Part shown: positions 17,352-26,800 of the stretch, one piece after another | Layout: each line of letters opens with the position of its first letter | Numbering within the stretch: position 1 is the stretch's first letter | Virus record (IMG/VR): IMGVR_UViG_3300017909_000863 | Span: 1-41,413 of that record | Source: a virus | Taxonomy: Duplodnaviria > Caudoviricetes | Length of the DNA: 41,413 bases | Strand: one strand, 5' to 3' | Made by a program: the position numbers and the translations under genes | The notes under the pieces: generated by a model | Databases searched by the model: none | Told to the model about the DNA's origin: nothing | Seen by the model: only the letters and a program-made list of their open reading frames with translations

Positions 17352-19390
17352 TATTTACCCATAGCTCTATTATAGATATCAATGTATTGATCTTCAAAAG
17401 TGTAATCTTCTTGATTCATTACATATCCGGGATACTTTAAAGCAAACTGTTCTTGTTTTTGTTTATCACTGAGATTTGTAATAGCGTTTAATTGATTTTC
17501 AAATTTTTGCATACCAGCTATAAATATTTTTATATCACTACTTACGATATTATCATTATTATCAAAAACTAATTCAATAGGTTTTTTATCTTTATTAAAA
17601 ACTAAACTATCAGCATTAGCTTCAAATTTTTGAGCTGATGATAATAAATCTTCATTATTTTTATAGTTAGACGTAGTAAGATATGCTATTGGAGTAAAAT
17701 CTTCTTCACTTATAAATTTACCTTGTTTTTCTGAATAAGTTCCTTTTTTAGATTGAGAAAAACCTAACTCTGATGGATCTAAATTTCCATATAAATCTTT
17801 TACTTTTTGATTAGCGTAAGCAATTGCATAATCATTAGCATTTTGATATTTTTTACCTCCGAGAGTTAATCCACCGTCAAAACTAACAGCGTAGTTTGAT
17901 GTTCCTAGTTCATATTTATCTCTATTATCTGCATCTTTATCTGCAGATACAAACAGCTTATGACCTTCATCTAAGAATTTAGCGTATTGAGTAGTTGCTT
18001 TTTCAAAAGATAAAGCTTTTAATGCAAACTCTCCACTTTGACCGTAGTTAGCGAATGAATCTGAAATTAATCTAATATCAGTATCTGATACGGGATAAAC
18101 TTCTTTTACAACACCTAAAGTCTTTTGAATAGTCGCTTTATCAAATTCTTTTAAAGGTTCAATTTCACCATAAGTTAAACCAGTTATTTCTGGTCCATTA
18201 ACTTTAAGGTATAAACTTTCTGGTAATACTGCTTTAAAGAAATTAACTAAAGGTTTAAATTTCTCTGTTTTAGCTCCAAAAGAAGATAGAATTTCAGGAT
18301 TATCTCTTAGTGTTGAAAACTGTCTATCAATTTGACTTTCGTTTTTAATTGCTCCTATAATAGATGGCGCATATTGTTCGTCCCATATATTTTGAACAGC
18401 GTTACTTCTTTTATCAAGTTCTTCATATATGTCGCTTCCTTTTAAAGCACTAGCTATCGTATCTGCGGCAGCTTTCGCTTTATCAGGTGCGAACTGACTA
18501 TATACAAATCCATTTGTATTAGGATCAAAATATCCAACAGCAGTTCCTGTCGTTCCTGTAGCATATCCCATTTTAGTTGCGAAATCGTTTTCTAAAACAG
18601 TATAAGGAACTTCTACAGGCTTACTCGATACTCCTGTTTTCTTTTTATCTCCATAACGTAAATCAGCAATTCGAGCATCGCTTAATTGTTTTGTCGTTTT
18701 AGTTGCAGCATTAGCAAATCTTGCAAATGGAGATTCAAAACTAGGTGTTCCTGCAGCTTGAATTAAATTCATAGAAAATTGAACTCGTGGATCTTGTAAG
18801 TATTCAGCAAACATATCAGCTCCTGATTTAGGAGCAAAAGCTAAATTTCCTGATGTTGGACTTACTCCTAATTCATAGCCTCCTGTAAATAATTCAGATA
18901 TTTTAGTAGGAAGATCACTAATTCTTTCTCCTATTGTTTTATCTTCTAATCCAAATGCTCTTTCTAATGCTAATCGTCTTTTATTATCAACAAGTCCAGC
19001 ATCAACCATATAGTCAACTATTCCTTGATATTGATCTCTATCGTTTAAAGTTTTTTCTACGTTATTAACTAAGTTATCTCGAATTACATTAAACGCTGAA
19101 TCTTCAGCGTAATTCATTTTATTTGGATCTGTAACAGGTGCATCTCGATTTTCTATTGTTGTTTCAGCGTCAGATACGATTTGATTTACATCTACTTTTG
19201 ATTCTGGTTTTGTTTTTGCTTCCGAATTCACCGCAAGTTTTGCTTGATTTATAAATTCATCTTCTCCGCCATACTTTTCAAATATTTCAGCTTCAGCTGC
19301 ATCGTAAGTGCCGGGTGGAGCACCGTCTTTTGTAGTAAATAAGGATTGAAGATATTCTAAATCTTTTCTTGGATCTAATTCTAGCGCCAT
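17351..19390 (-). CDS. Internal virion/DNA ejection protein
   Basis: 679 aa; synteny between the pilot protein and the large ejection protein. Confidence 0.6.
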   Translation of the reverse strand: MALELDPRKDLEYLQSLFTTKDGAPPGTYDAAEAEIFEKYGGEDEFINQAKLAVNSEAKTKPESKVDVNQIVSDAETTIENRDAPVTDPNKMNYAEDSAFNVIRDNLVNNVEKTLNDRDQYQGIVDYMVDAGLVDNKRRLALERAFGLEDKTIGERISDLPTKISELFTGGYELGVSPTSGNLAFAPKSGADMFAEYLQDPRVQFSMNLIQAAGTPSFESPFARFANAATKTTKQLSDARIADLRYGDKKKTGVSSKPVEVPYTVLENDFATKMGYATGTTGTAVGYFDPNTNGFVYSQFAPDKAKAAADTIASALKGSDIYEELDKRSNAVQNIWDEQYAPSIIGAIKNESQIDRQFSTLRDNPEILSSFGAKTEKFKPLVNFFKAVLPESLYLKVNGPEITGLTYGEIEPLKEFDKATIQKTLGVVKEVYPVSDTDIRLISDSFANYGQSGEFALKALSFEKATTQYAKFLDEGHKLFVSADKDADNRDKYELGTSNYAVSFDGGLTLGGKKYQNANDYAIAYANQKVKDLYGNLDPSELGFSQSKKGTYSEKQGKFISEEDFTPIAYLTTSNYKNNEDLLSSAQKFEANADSLVFNKDKKPIELVFDNNDNIVSSDIKIFIAGMQKFENQLNAITNLSDKQKQEQFALKYPGYVMNQEDYTFEDQYIDIYNRAMGK

Positions 19391-19391
19391 G

Positions 19392-20495
19392 CTAATTTAC
19401 TTTTTTAAATTCTACGTCAACCTTTCCGTAATCAACTACTAGGTAATTATCTACTTCAAATGAAGCTTCTGGTACTTCTTGAGCCATTACACCTTGATAT
19501 CGATCAGGGTTATTAATGTAGTTAAATTCGTAAATGTTTATTCCTGATGGCGATTGTCCTACAAGTTCAATGTTTTCTTTTAATCGTACATCAGAGAAAA
19601 ATGGTGCTAACGCTCCAGCGGCGCCTGCAATTTGACCAAATGGTGAAGTTCCACCAATAACTTGTCCTATCATACCAGAACGCTCTTCACCGTAAGAACG
19701 AATCGGAGCACCTGTAAGAATACTCGATAAAAATCCAAGTTGACCTCTTTCAAAACCTTGTTGTTCTACAAAGTCACGATAACCTTCTAATAGTTTTTGT
19801 TGTTCTACTGCTTGCTGTAATCCACCGAACTGAGATGCAGCACCAGCTTCTTGAAGTCCTATTTGACCTAACTGTTGCTGTAAAGCAGGAATTGCTTGTG
19901 CAGCTTGCATCTGACCAGCTGCAGCGGCAGCACGATCTCTTTCAAATCTTGATGCAGCTTCGGAAAACGCTTGAGATTGTAACTGAGCTGTAAGATCACC
20001 AGCTTTCTTTGCTGTTTCAGCTTGAAGTACAGCTTCTTGTACTCCCTGTCTTGCTCCACCAAAAGCACCTCGTTGTACCGCTTGTGCTCGTTGTCCTTGT
20101 GAAGCTAAAGCAGATTGTTCTTGTAAATTTCTTATAGCGGCATTAGTGACCTGTTGAGTATAAGGATTCATATACTGCTCAGCCATTTGAGGAGTAAACT
20201 GCATTCCTGCTATATCCGCCGCAGTAGATACTCTTTGTTGTGCTTCAGGTATAACTCCTGATGCTCCGAACTGACCTAAATTTGTTTGTGCTTGAGTTAT
20301 TGCAGCATTTTGCAAAGCTGTTAAATCTGCAATACGATCTCCTGTGTATGCTTGAAATGGTTGTTGACTTGCAGCATTTGCTCTTGAAAATACAGATTCT
20401 TGTAAATCTTTAAAATACTGTGGAATTTCATATTGTACTTGACCTTGACTTGGTGTTTCTACTACTGTAGTTGTTGGTTTAAATAAACTTCCCAT
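19392..20495 (-). CDS. Pilot/ejection protein with C-terminal peptidase S74-like autocleaving chaperone domain
   Basis: Gln/Ala-rich body (YMNPY, GAFGGARQGV), Gly-rich hydrophobic segment, then FSDVRLKENI...GINIYEFNY...GVMAQEV...VDY. Confidence 0.75.
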   Translation of the reverse strand: MGSLFKPTTTVVETPSQGQVQYEIPQYFKDLQESVFSRANAASQQPFQAYTGDRIADLTALQNAAITQAQTNLGQFGASGVIPEAQQRVSTAADIAGMQFTPQMAEQYMNPYTQQVTNAAIRNLQEQSALASQGQRAQAVQRGAFGGARQGVQEAVLQAETAKKAGDLTAQLQSQAFSEAASRFERDRAAAAAGQMQAAQAIPALQQQLGQIGLQEAGAASQFGGLQQAVEQQKLLEGYRDFVEQQGFERGQLGFLSSILTGAPIRSYGEERSGMIGQVIGGTSPFGQIAGAAGALAPFFSDVRLKENIELVGQSPSGINIYEFNYINNPDRYQGVMAQEVPEASFEVDNYLVVDYGKVDVEFKKVN

Positions 20496-20938
20496 TATAA
20501 ATTATCTCCATACGTTCCACCAAGATACTCAAAATCCTGTCTTATTAACCATTGATGTTTTCTATCGATATCGTGTCCTTGTGTCATTTCGAGTATTAAA
20601 GGCATCTTTGTTATTTTAGCGTATTCTTTAACATATTCTAGCAATTTTTTTGCTATTCTACTATTTCTTTTTTTATTATCTACATAGAGCCAATTCACTC
20701 GATAGAACTTTTTATCAGTGTACCACATATCTCCTAAAACTAGAGATATCGTTCCTATTATCTTTCCCTCTTTTTCAGCCACTATAACAAAATGATTATA
20801 AATAACATCGTAAATATACGCATCTCCCTTCCCTGTATTAGGTTTTCCTAAGTTTAAAGGCGATTCTTTTAACCAATCGAGAAGTAGATTTCTAATTGAT
20901 CGTACATCGTCTAAAGTCGCTCTGCGATAATTAATCAA
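20495..20938 (-). CDS. GNAT-family acetyltransferase-like protein
   Basis: YRRATLDD, VAEKEGKIIG, LYVDNKKRNSRIAKKLL (motif A-like). Confidence 0.8.
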   Translation of the reverse strand: MINYRRATLDDVRSIRNLLLDWLKESPLNLGKPNTGKGDAYIYDVIYNHFVIVAEKEGKIIGTISLVLGDMWYTDKKFYRVNWLYVDNKKRNSRIAKKLLEYVKEYAKITKMPLILEMTQGHDIDRKHQWLIRQDFEYLGGTYGDNL

Positions 20939-21182
20939 GTAATCCTTTCGATTTTAAAGAATTTATAAGGGTTCCTAGTATATTAGCTACGTTTGTTAAG
21001 TTGGCAGTAGATACATCTAAGTCTTTAGTTGTAGTAACATTACTTGTAGTAAAACCAGTATCAGCAGGTTGAGTTATCTCTAATAGATACTGCTCTAAAT
21101 CAGTAACTGCTCTATTATAAATTTCATTTATATCATCTTTAGTTCTACTTAAAGGAATTGTAGGAGGTCTTTTAAAAGTCAT
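20931..21182 (-). CDS. Small tail-associated protein
   Basis: Follows the nozzle gene; helical C-terminus LGTLINSLKSKGLL. Confidence 0.55.
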   Translation of the reverse strand: MTFKRPPTIPLSRTKDDINEIYNRAVTDLEQYLLEITQPADTGFTTSNVTTTKDLDVSTANLTNVANILGTLINSLKSKGLLD

Positions 21183-23041
21183 TATCTTCTACCATCAGGT
21201 CGAGCATTAACTCGTAAAGTTCCGAATCTCCATTGATCATTTACGCTTGAATCATTAGATATTTTTACTGCTATTTGTCTACCTCTTGATCGAGTATTAA
21301 CTTGTCTAGTACCTGAAGTAATTTCTATTTCCCCTGATTGCGTTTGAGTATCGGAAGGAAATTCTCTTGATAATAGATTCATTTTTACAGTTCCTTGTAA
21401 GTTTTTAAAGTCAGGAATATATCCTCGAATAAACATGAATTGATCTCCGTCTGCTATATCTACATCTCCACTAGTAATAAAACTACTCATTATATTACCA
21501 TTATCAGTGGTTCCTGTTTCATGTTCGTAAATAAAACTACGACCTGCAGAAGCCCCATTTACTACTGAAGCAGGTGCTGCAGTTGAAGTAGCATCGTATT
21601 CCGTAGCTTGAGGAACGCTGAATACACCTTGATCTACCCAAGTGCTACGACTTAAATTTCCAACATACCATATGTTTTCTTGATAGTTATAGATTACATA
21701 TCGATCTATTTGACTTGAATTAGCTGAACAATAATACCAAACAACTTCATTAAATTCATTATTTTCACCAGCGTAAACTTGAGGATTTTGAGTAGTATTA
21801 ATATCGTTAAATACATATGATTTAACACTACAAGGAAGTTCTTGAATAGAACCTCTATATACCATAAATCTTCCCTCTGACATCCAATACGCTGTATCAT
21901 TTACTACAACAGTAGAGTTTAAACCTACTGCTCCACAATCTGTTCCTAATAATCGAAAGCCAAAAGTAAAAGGAGGGCCAATAAACTGCATACTGTGAAG
22001 TCCTAAATCAGTCCATACTAAGATTTCATTTCTTGTTTTCTTTGCTGATATGATTTTACTACCTTCACCTAATCTTTGAGAACCTGCAGTATTAGTTGCT
22101 GTAGGAGCCCATTGTGTAAAATTTTCTTGATCTGACCAACGAATAAGCATTGTGTCTTGCGTATTAGGGGTACCTATTGTAATTTCTGTTCCAAAGCAAA
22201 TTAAATGTCGATCAGGAGTAGAAACTAATCCTGTAATTGAAGCTGTAGGAGCATTACTAACTTGAGCCATACGATTATTAGCTAATCCTGCAGAAGTATC
22301 CCATAGATAAGTTCCACCGTTCTTTTTCCAAGCAAATAAATCTTCACCAGCGTTATCAAAACTCCACATTCCCATATCAAGCGTAACATTAGAAACTGAA
22401 CGAGCAGTTCCCCATGCTTCCGATCCCCAAGTAGATGTACCCCAACCATATCCTATCGTTTGAACATCTGGTTCTATATTTTCTTCAAATACAGCGTTTC
22501 CACTACCTGTTGTTGTAATACCCGTGCCAGATTCTGCAGATGGCATTTGAATAAAAAAAGCATCTCCGTTAGCAACACCTTGAACTTCAAATTCTCCTGT
22601 TGTAAAATCAGAAGGGGTATAAGAAGTGCTTCCTGTTAAAGCTGATATAGTATTGAAAGAAACAAAATCTCCTGCTCCTGCACCATGACTGTTAATATTA
22701 ACAGTAACGTTTGAACTACCGTTTGTAGATGAAAATAAACTAGTTAAAGAAGTGTTAGATTGACGAATAGGAGTAACATTATATAAGTTTCCACCATTGA
22801 ATATATAAACTTTTTTATTAGTGCCAAGTCCGATATATCTACTTCCGTCTAAATCAAACCAAGCTTTTATTCCTCGAACAGCTCCAAGCATTGCTGTTCC
22901 TGCTGTTTTAAGCCAACCTCCCATTTTTTGAGGAAGTCCAAATCTAAATCTTACTTTATCGCAATCAACCCAAGTTCCTTCAGCGCCATATTCTGTACTT
23001 TCTTTGTCAATGCCAGATCTAAATACAACTTTATTAAACAT
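21182..23041 (-). CDS. Tail nozzle/DNA stabilization protein (P22 gp10 / T7 gp12-like)
   Basis: 619 aa, beta-rich; W.DCDKVRFR, IRWSDQE, GSQRL, C-terminal WRFGTLR..ARPDGRR; podovirus synteny. Confidence 0.75.
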   Translation of the reverse strand: MFNKVVFRSGIDKESTEYGAEGTWVDCDKVRFRFGLPQKMGGWLKTAGTAMLGAVRGIKAWFDLDGSRYIGLGTNKKVYIFNGGNLYNVTPIRQSNTSLTSLFSSTNGSSNVTVNINSHGAGAGDFVSFNTISALTGSTSYTPSDFTTGEFEVQGVANGDAFFIQMPSAESGTGITTTGSGNAVFEENIEPDVQTIGYGWGTSTWGSEAWGTARSVSNVTLDMGMWSFDNAGEDLFAWKKNGGTYLWDTSAGLANNRMAQVSNAPTASITGLVSTPDRHLICFGTEITIGTPNTQDTMLIRWSDQENFTQWAPTATNTAGSQRLGEGSKIISAKKTRNEILVWTDLGLHSMQFIGPPFTFGFRLLGTDCGAVGLNSTVVVNDTAYWMSEGRFMVYRGSIQELPCSVKSYVFNDINTTQNPQVYAGENNEFNEVVWYYCSANSSQIDRYVIYNYQENIWYVGNLSRSTWVDQGVFSVPQATEYDATSTAAPASVVNGASAGRSFIYEHETGTTDNGNIMSSFITSGDVDIADGDQFMFIRGYIPDFKNLQGTVKMNLLSREFPSDTQTQSGEIEITSGTRQVNTRSRGRQIAVKISNDSSVNDQWRFGTLRVNARPDGRR

Positions 23042-23306
23042 CTTTCTTTAATAATTTTGATGCTGTTATCATATTAGCTTTAACCATTTCATTTCTAAAG
23101 CTTTCTATGGCAGCACCTGCTTGACCTGTTTGTCTTGAATTTTCAATCATGAGCATAGGCATCATCGCCATGGCACAACCATATTCGTCTAATTCTTCTC
23201 CTGTCTGTGGATGTTTACCTCGTATTTGAATAAACCAACCGCAATCAAATTTTTTACAAGGTTTAAAGCCGTTTAAAGGACAATTATCTTTAATTTCTAT
23301 TTTCAA
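23034..23306 (-). CDS. Conserved Cys-containing hypothetical protein
   Basis: CPL...C...DCGWF..IRGKHPQTGE...GCA...ENS...AAIESFRNEMVKAN. Confidence 0.7.
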   Translation of the reverse strand: MKIEIKDNCPLNGFKPCKKFDCGWFIQIRGKHPQTGEELDEYGCAMAMMPMLMIENSRQTGQAGAAIESFRNEMVKANMITASKLLKKDV

Positions 23307-23308
23307 AA

Positions 23309-24352
23309 CTAATCTTTATTAGCGATAATAAAATCAACATATTGAACATCTAAATTTAAATCACTAGAAAAAGTATGTGTATGAGAACTACCTGATAAAG
23401 TACCAGCACCGTGCGTGTGTCCAGATCCTCCACCTGACTGTTCGATAATCGGTGTTGATGTACCTTCGCTATTTAATAAATATGCGCCACTTGCATTAAT
23501 AATACCAACTGCTTTGTGACTACCATAGTTTTCTCCAGATAGTGATGTATCTCTAATGGTAGTGTCAAAAATTCTGTGACCATGCGCAGGTATTTGAGAT
23601 AATGTTAATGTAGTTGACCCTGTGCTTCCTGTAATTGTAACACCAGCTCCGGCCGTAGTTCCACTAACAGTGTTATTAGTGTTAAATGCTCCGGTAAAAG
23701 TATTTGAACCGCCTGAACTTACAGAACCTGATACAATGCGTAAAGCTTTATTATTATGTGTAGTTTGTTTAGTCCAACCAGTAGGTGCAGCAGTTTGTTG
23801 AAATAGCATGGAAGTTCCTGCAGGAAAAGCATCAATTCCTGTTAATCCTGCTCCGTTTCCTGTAATCGTAGTTGCATTAAGAGAGCTTGCACTAATAGTG
23901 TTTGCACTTAATGTTCCTAAAGAATTAGCAAAAAGATCTACCATTTTTGTACCGTTTTTATTGTACATAACAGTATGTGAACTTTGAGTTACTACAACTC
24001 CATTTGCAGCATGACCTGTAGGAGCAACTGTAAGCGTATATGAACCTGATGTATTGTTATAAAAAATATATTCTTTTTCTACAGCAGGAAGAAATACATA
24101 AATATTACCAGATAGTGTTCCTGTAAATTCGATTACTTTATTAGCGGCTTCATTAGTAGTTTCTACGTCAGGGTCTCTATTCGCTTGACTTAAAGTAACG
24201 TTAGAATTTCCTGCAACTGATTTAGATAAATATCCACCAATAGCTGCATCTACGACTTGTAAATTATCATTAGTATTATTTCCCCATGTACCGGTGTTTG
24301 CTCCGGCTTCCATGAGTTCTAGTTTTAATCGATTTGAATAAGTTGATGCCAT
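23309..24352 (-). CDS. Tail fibre/collar-like structural protein
   Basis: MASTYS.RLKLELM..G.N.GTWG N-terminus; FQQTAAPTGW, TLTLSQIPAHGH and HTH motifs typical of fibre tips. Confidence 0.7.
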   Translation of the reverse strand: MASTYSNRLKLELMEAGANTGTWGNNTNDNLQVVDAAIGGYLSKSVAGNSNVTLSQANRDPDVETTNEAANKVIEFTGTLSGNIYVFLPAVEKEYIFYNNTSGSYTLTVAPTGHAANGVVVTQSSHTVMYNKNGTKMVDLFANSLGTLSANTISASSLNATTITGNGAGLTGIDAFPAGTSMLFQQTAAPTGWTKQTTHNNKALRIVSGSVSSGGSNTFTGAFNTNNTVSGTTAGAGVTITGSTGSTTLTLSQIPAHGHRIFDTTIRDTSLSGENYGSHKAVGIINASGAYLLNSEGTSTPIIEQSGGGSGHTHGAGTLSGSSHTHTFSSDLNLDVQYVDFIIANKD

Positions 24353-24353
24353 T

Positions 24354-25577
24354 TTATGCCGCTATACTTGTCCACGTATTGTTAGCACCTTCTATAGGTT
24401 GCCACAAGTTTTGTGAACCTAAAGTTATATTAGCAGAAAATCCAGAAATTGAAAGAATTTGTTGACTTGAAACAGATACGTTTTCTAAGCTTGTTTGTAA
24501 TTGTTGACTTGCTGCAAAGACGTTAGATGAAATTGATATTGAGATATTTCCTAAACTTGTGGTAGCAGATTGACCTGTAGGAACAACTAAAGCTGAAGCA
24601 CTTATAGTTTCGTTTCCTAAAGAAGAAGTTAATTCTTGACCTGTTACAGGAGTAACGGCACCTCCTGATACTACTTCATTTCCAAGAGCGGTTGTTGCTT
24701 CTTCTCCTGTTTCAATAATAACAGCAGTTCCTACTACTGTTTCATCAGAGAGAGCGGTTGTTGCTTCAACACCTGTAACGCTAACTACTTTACTTATTGA
24801 AATCGCAACACTAGAAACACTTCCTGTCGCTTCAATACCTTCTTCAGTAATAACAACAGTTCCTACTACTGCTTCATTTCCAAGAGCGGTTGTTGCTTCA
24901 ACACCTGTAGTAATTACGTTAGCACCAGCAACGACTGCTTCATCTCCTAATGAAACAGCGGTTGTTGCTCCTACCCCTGGGATAAGTGCACTTCCTATCA
25001 CTATTTCTTCAGAAAGAGTGCTTGTTAATTCTTGACCTGTTACAGGAATAAAATTCTCAGAACTTATAGAGACAGAGCTTAAAGAACTTGTTAATTCTTG
25101 CCCTGTTATAGAAATTAAAACATCTCCAGATATTGTTTCTTCTGATAATGTAGTGGTCGCTTCTAGACCTGTAATTGAAAGAATTTGCTGTGTAGATACA
25201 GTAACTGAATTTAAAGAAGTAGTTGCTTCAAAACCTGTTTCAATAACAATAGCGCCTGTTACAACTGTTTCATCAGAAAGAGTAGCTGTTGCTTCAATAC
25301 CTGTAACGGAGAAAAACGATGCGGTTCCTACAGAAACAGAACCTAAAGAACTTGTTAATTCTTGTCCTGTAACGGAAAGAATTTGTTGTGTGGATACAGA
25401 TTCGTTTCCTAAACTTGTAGTTGCTTCTTGCCCTGTTTCAGCAACAATAGCGCCTGCTGCAACTGTTTCATTTCCGAGAGAGGTTGTCGCCCCAAATCCC
25501 GTAATGAGTACATCAATACTAACTCCACCTTCTGAGGAAAAGGGAGCTTCTGAAAAAGATACTGAAGAAAACGCCAT
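24354..25577 (-). CDS. Ser/Thr-rich structural protein built from about 16 22-aa repeats
   Basis: Repeat consensus TGxEATTSLGNETVxxxxxxxV; located in the tail module. Confidence 0.8.
   Translation of the reverse strand: MAFSSVSFSEAPFSSEGGVSIDVLITGFGATTSLGNETVAAGAIVAETGQEATTSLGNESVSTQQILSVTGQELTSSLGSVSVGTASFFSVTGIEATATLSDETVVTGAIVIETGFEATTSLNSVTVSTQQILSITGLEATTTLSEETISGDVLISITGQELTSSLSSVSISSENFIPVTGQELTSTLSEEIVIGSALIPGVGATTAVSLGDEAVVAGANVITTGVEATTALGNEAVVGTVVITEEGIEATGSVSSVAISISKVVSVTGVEATTALSDETVVGTAVIIETGEEATTALGNEVVSGGAVTPVTGQELTSSLGNETISASALVVPTGQSATTSLGNISISISSNVFAASQQLQTSLENVSVSSQQILSISGFSANITLGSQNLWQPIEGANNTWTSIAA
24400..25502 (-). repeat. Degenerate 66-bp coding tandem repeat
   Basis: AGAGCGGTTGTTGCTTC recurs near 24685, 24751 and 24883; GTTAATTCTTG recurs near 24628, 25024, 25090 and 25354. 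Spacings are multiples of 66. Confidence 0.8.
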
Positions 25578-25583
25578 TTTTTA

Positions 25584-25612
25584 AATTTACGTTATACCTC
25601 TATCTTTTTCAA
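25584..25612 (-). promoter_or_regulatory. Putative sigma70-type promoter, probably giving leaderless mRNA for the repeat protein
   Basis: TTGAAA-17 nt-TAAATT, 6 nt before ATG 25577; no SD at normal spacing. Confidence 0.4.
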
Positions 25613-25662
25613 ATCATTTATTCAGATCTTTGTGGCTTTGGATTTATCCGAAAGTGAGAGCA

Positions 25663-25890
25663 TTATTCTGAAGGTGGTGTATAGCCTGTAAGTGCAGTGA
25701 TCTCTGCTTGTGTTAAACCTAAGTCTAATAGCTTAGTATTACCACTTGCTAGTGCAGAGTTTTCTGCAGATACAGCTGCATCATATGCAGCTTTTTCTTC
25801 TTCTGCTTTCTTTTTATCTGCTTCATACAGAGCTACTTCCTCATCAGTAGGATCTCTTAGAACATTATTTACTAATATTTTTCTTGACAT
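25663..25890 (-). CDS. Small fibre-associated (assembly chaperone-like) protein
   Basis: RDPTDEEVA...SGNTKLLDLGLTQAEITAL; directly after a fibre gene. Confidence 0.6.
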   Translation of the reverse strand: MSRKILVNNVLRDPTDEEVALYEADKKKAEEEKAAYDAAVSAENSALASGNTKLLDLGLTQAEITALTGYTPPSE

Positions 25891-25899
25891 ATTTATTCC

Positions 25900-26757
25900 T
25901 TACTTCTTAAATCCATAATATCTAATTTCTGCATCTTTAACTGATCCAGCAAAAAGAAAAGAAAATCTGAGTCCGCTGTGTTGGGCTGAACTACCTTCAA
26001 ATCGACCAGTAAATGCTTGTGGTGAAGGTAAGTCATTACCTGAACCTTGTAATGCGTGCCATCCCCACATCCATTTGTAACCATTGTTACTCCAACCACT
26101 ACCCCAACCTTGAGGAGTGTGATAATAAACAAAGTTTGATAAAGCATAACCTTGGAAAAAGGTAGGGGCAAATGTACTAAGATCCCACTTATTATCACCG
26201 CCTCCGTTTCCTCCTGCAGAACCACCAGTAGCTGTTCCACCAGTCACTGTGACTTGTTTTCCATAGTGCCTTATATACTTATAACTACTAGTTGTTACAG
26301 GATTATTACTAGTATCTAGAAGTCTACATCTTAAGGCATCAGCACTATGAGTATCTACCCAACCAACAACCTTATACATGTAATATAAACTGCTATCGTA
26401 TGTAGGTTGTATATCAATGTCGGTTACACTACCAGATGATGCACCAGATACAGTTGCTGAACCTATCTCAACTATATCACTACTACCACCTGCAGCACCA
26501 AACTCATAACCATTTGCATTAGCGTTTACTTTTAATACTTGACCTGCAGTACCGATTGATAATCCACCTAGATTACCACTGTTATCTTTCAATGCGATTT
26601 GATTGTTAGATAATCCAAATGAATCACCAAAATTAGTTGCAGTTCCACTATTGGTAATCGTTGCACCAGAAGGAATTGTAATAGTGTCTCCACTATCTCC
26701 TAATTGAACCCCGGTTCCACTGCTAGGTGATACCTTATTTACTTTTAATTCGCTCAT
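25900..26757 (-). CDS. Tail fibre/receptor-binding-like protein
   Basis: MSELKVNKVSP..GT..LGDSGDTITIPSGAT N-terminus, GTAGQVLKVN fibre repeat, beta-rich head ending YGFKK. Confidence 0.7.
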   Translation of the reverse strand: MSELKVNKVSPSSGTGVQLGDSGDTITIPSGATITNSGTATNFGDSFGLSNNQIALKDNSGNLGGLSIGTAGQVLKVNANANGYEFGAAGGSSDIVEIGSATVSGASSGSVTDIDIQPTYDSSLYYMYKVVGWVDTHSADALRCRLLDTSNNPVTTSSYKYIRHYGKQVTVTGGTATGGSAGGNGGGDNKWDLSTFAPTFFQGYALSNFVYYHTPQGWGSGWSNNGYKWMWGWHALQGSGNDLPSPQAFTGRFEGSSAQHSGLRFSFLFAGSVKDAEIRYYGFKK

Positions 26758-26771
26758 GTTATTTGTTCTCC

Positions 26772-26800
26772 ATTATACATATATTTTTAATTTTTGTCTA
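26772..26800 (-). promoter_or_regulatory. Near-consensus sigma70 promoter upstream of the fibre gene
   Basis: TAGACA (26800-26795), 17-nt spacer, TATAAT (26777-26772). Confidence 0.6.

Noticed and set aside
19392-20495. Annotating this gene as a tail spike because of its S74 domain
   Set aside because: The body is Gln/Ala-rich and helical and sits in the ejection-protein slot; there is no beta-helix.
24400-25502. 66-bp periodic repeats as a CRISPR array or DGR template/variable repeat
   Set aside because: Repeats are degenerate, in frame and coding, with no unique spacers, no adenine-specific variation, and no cas or reverse transcriptase gene.
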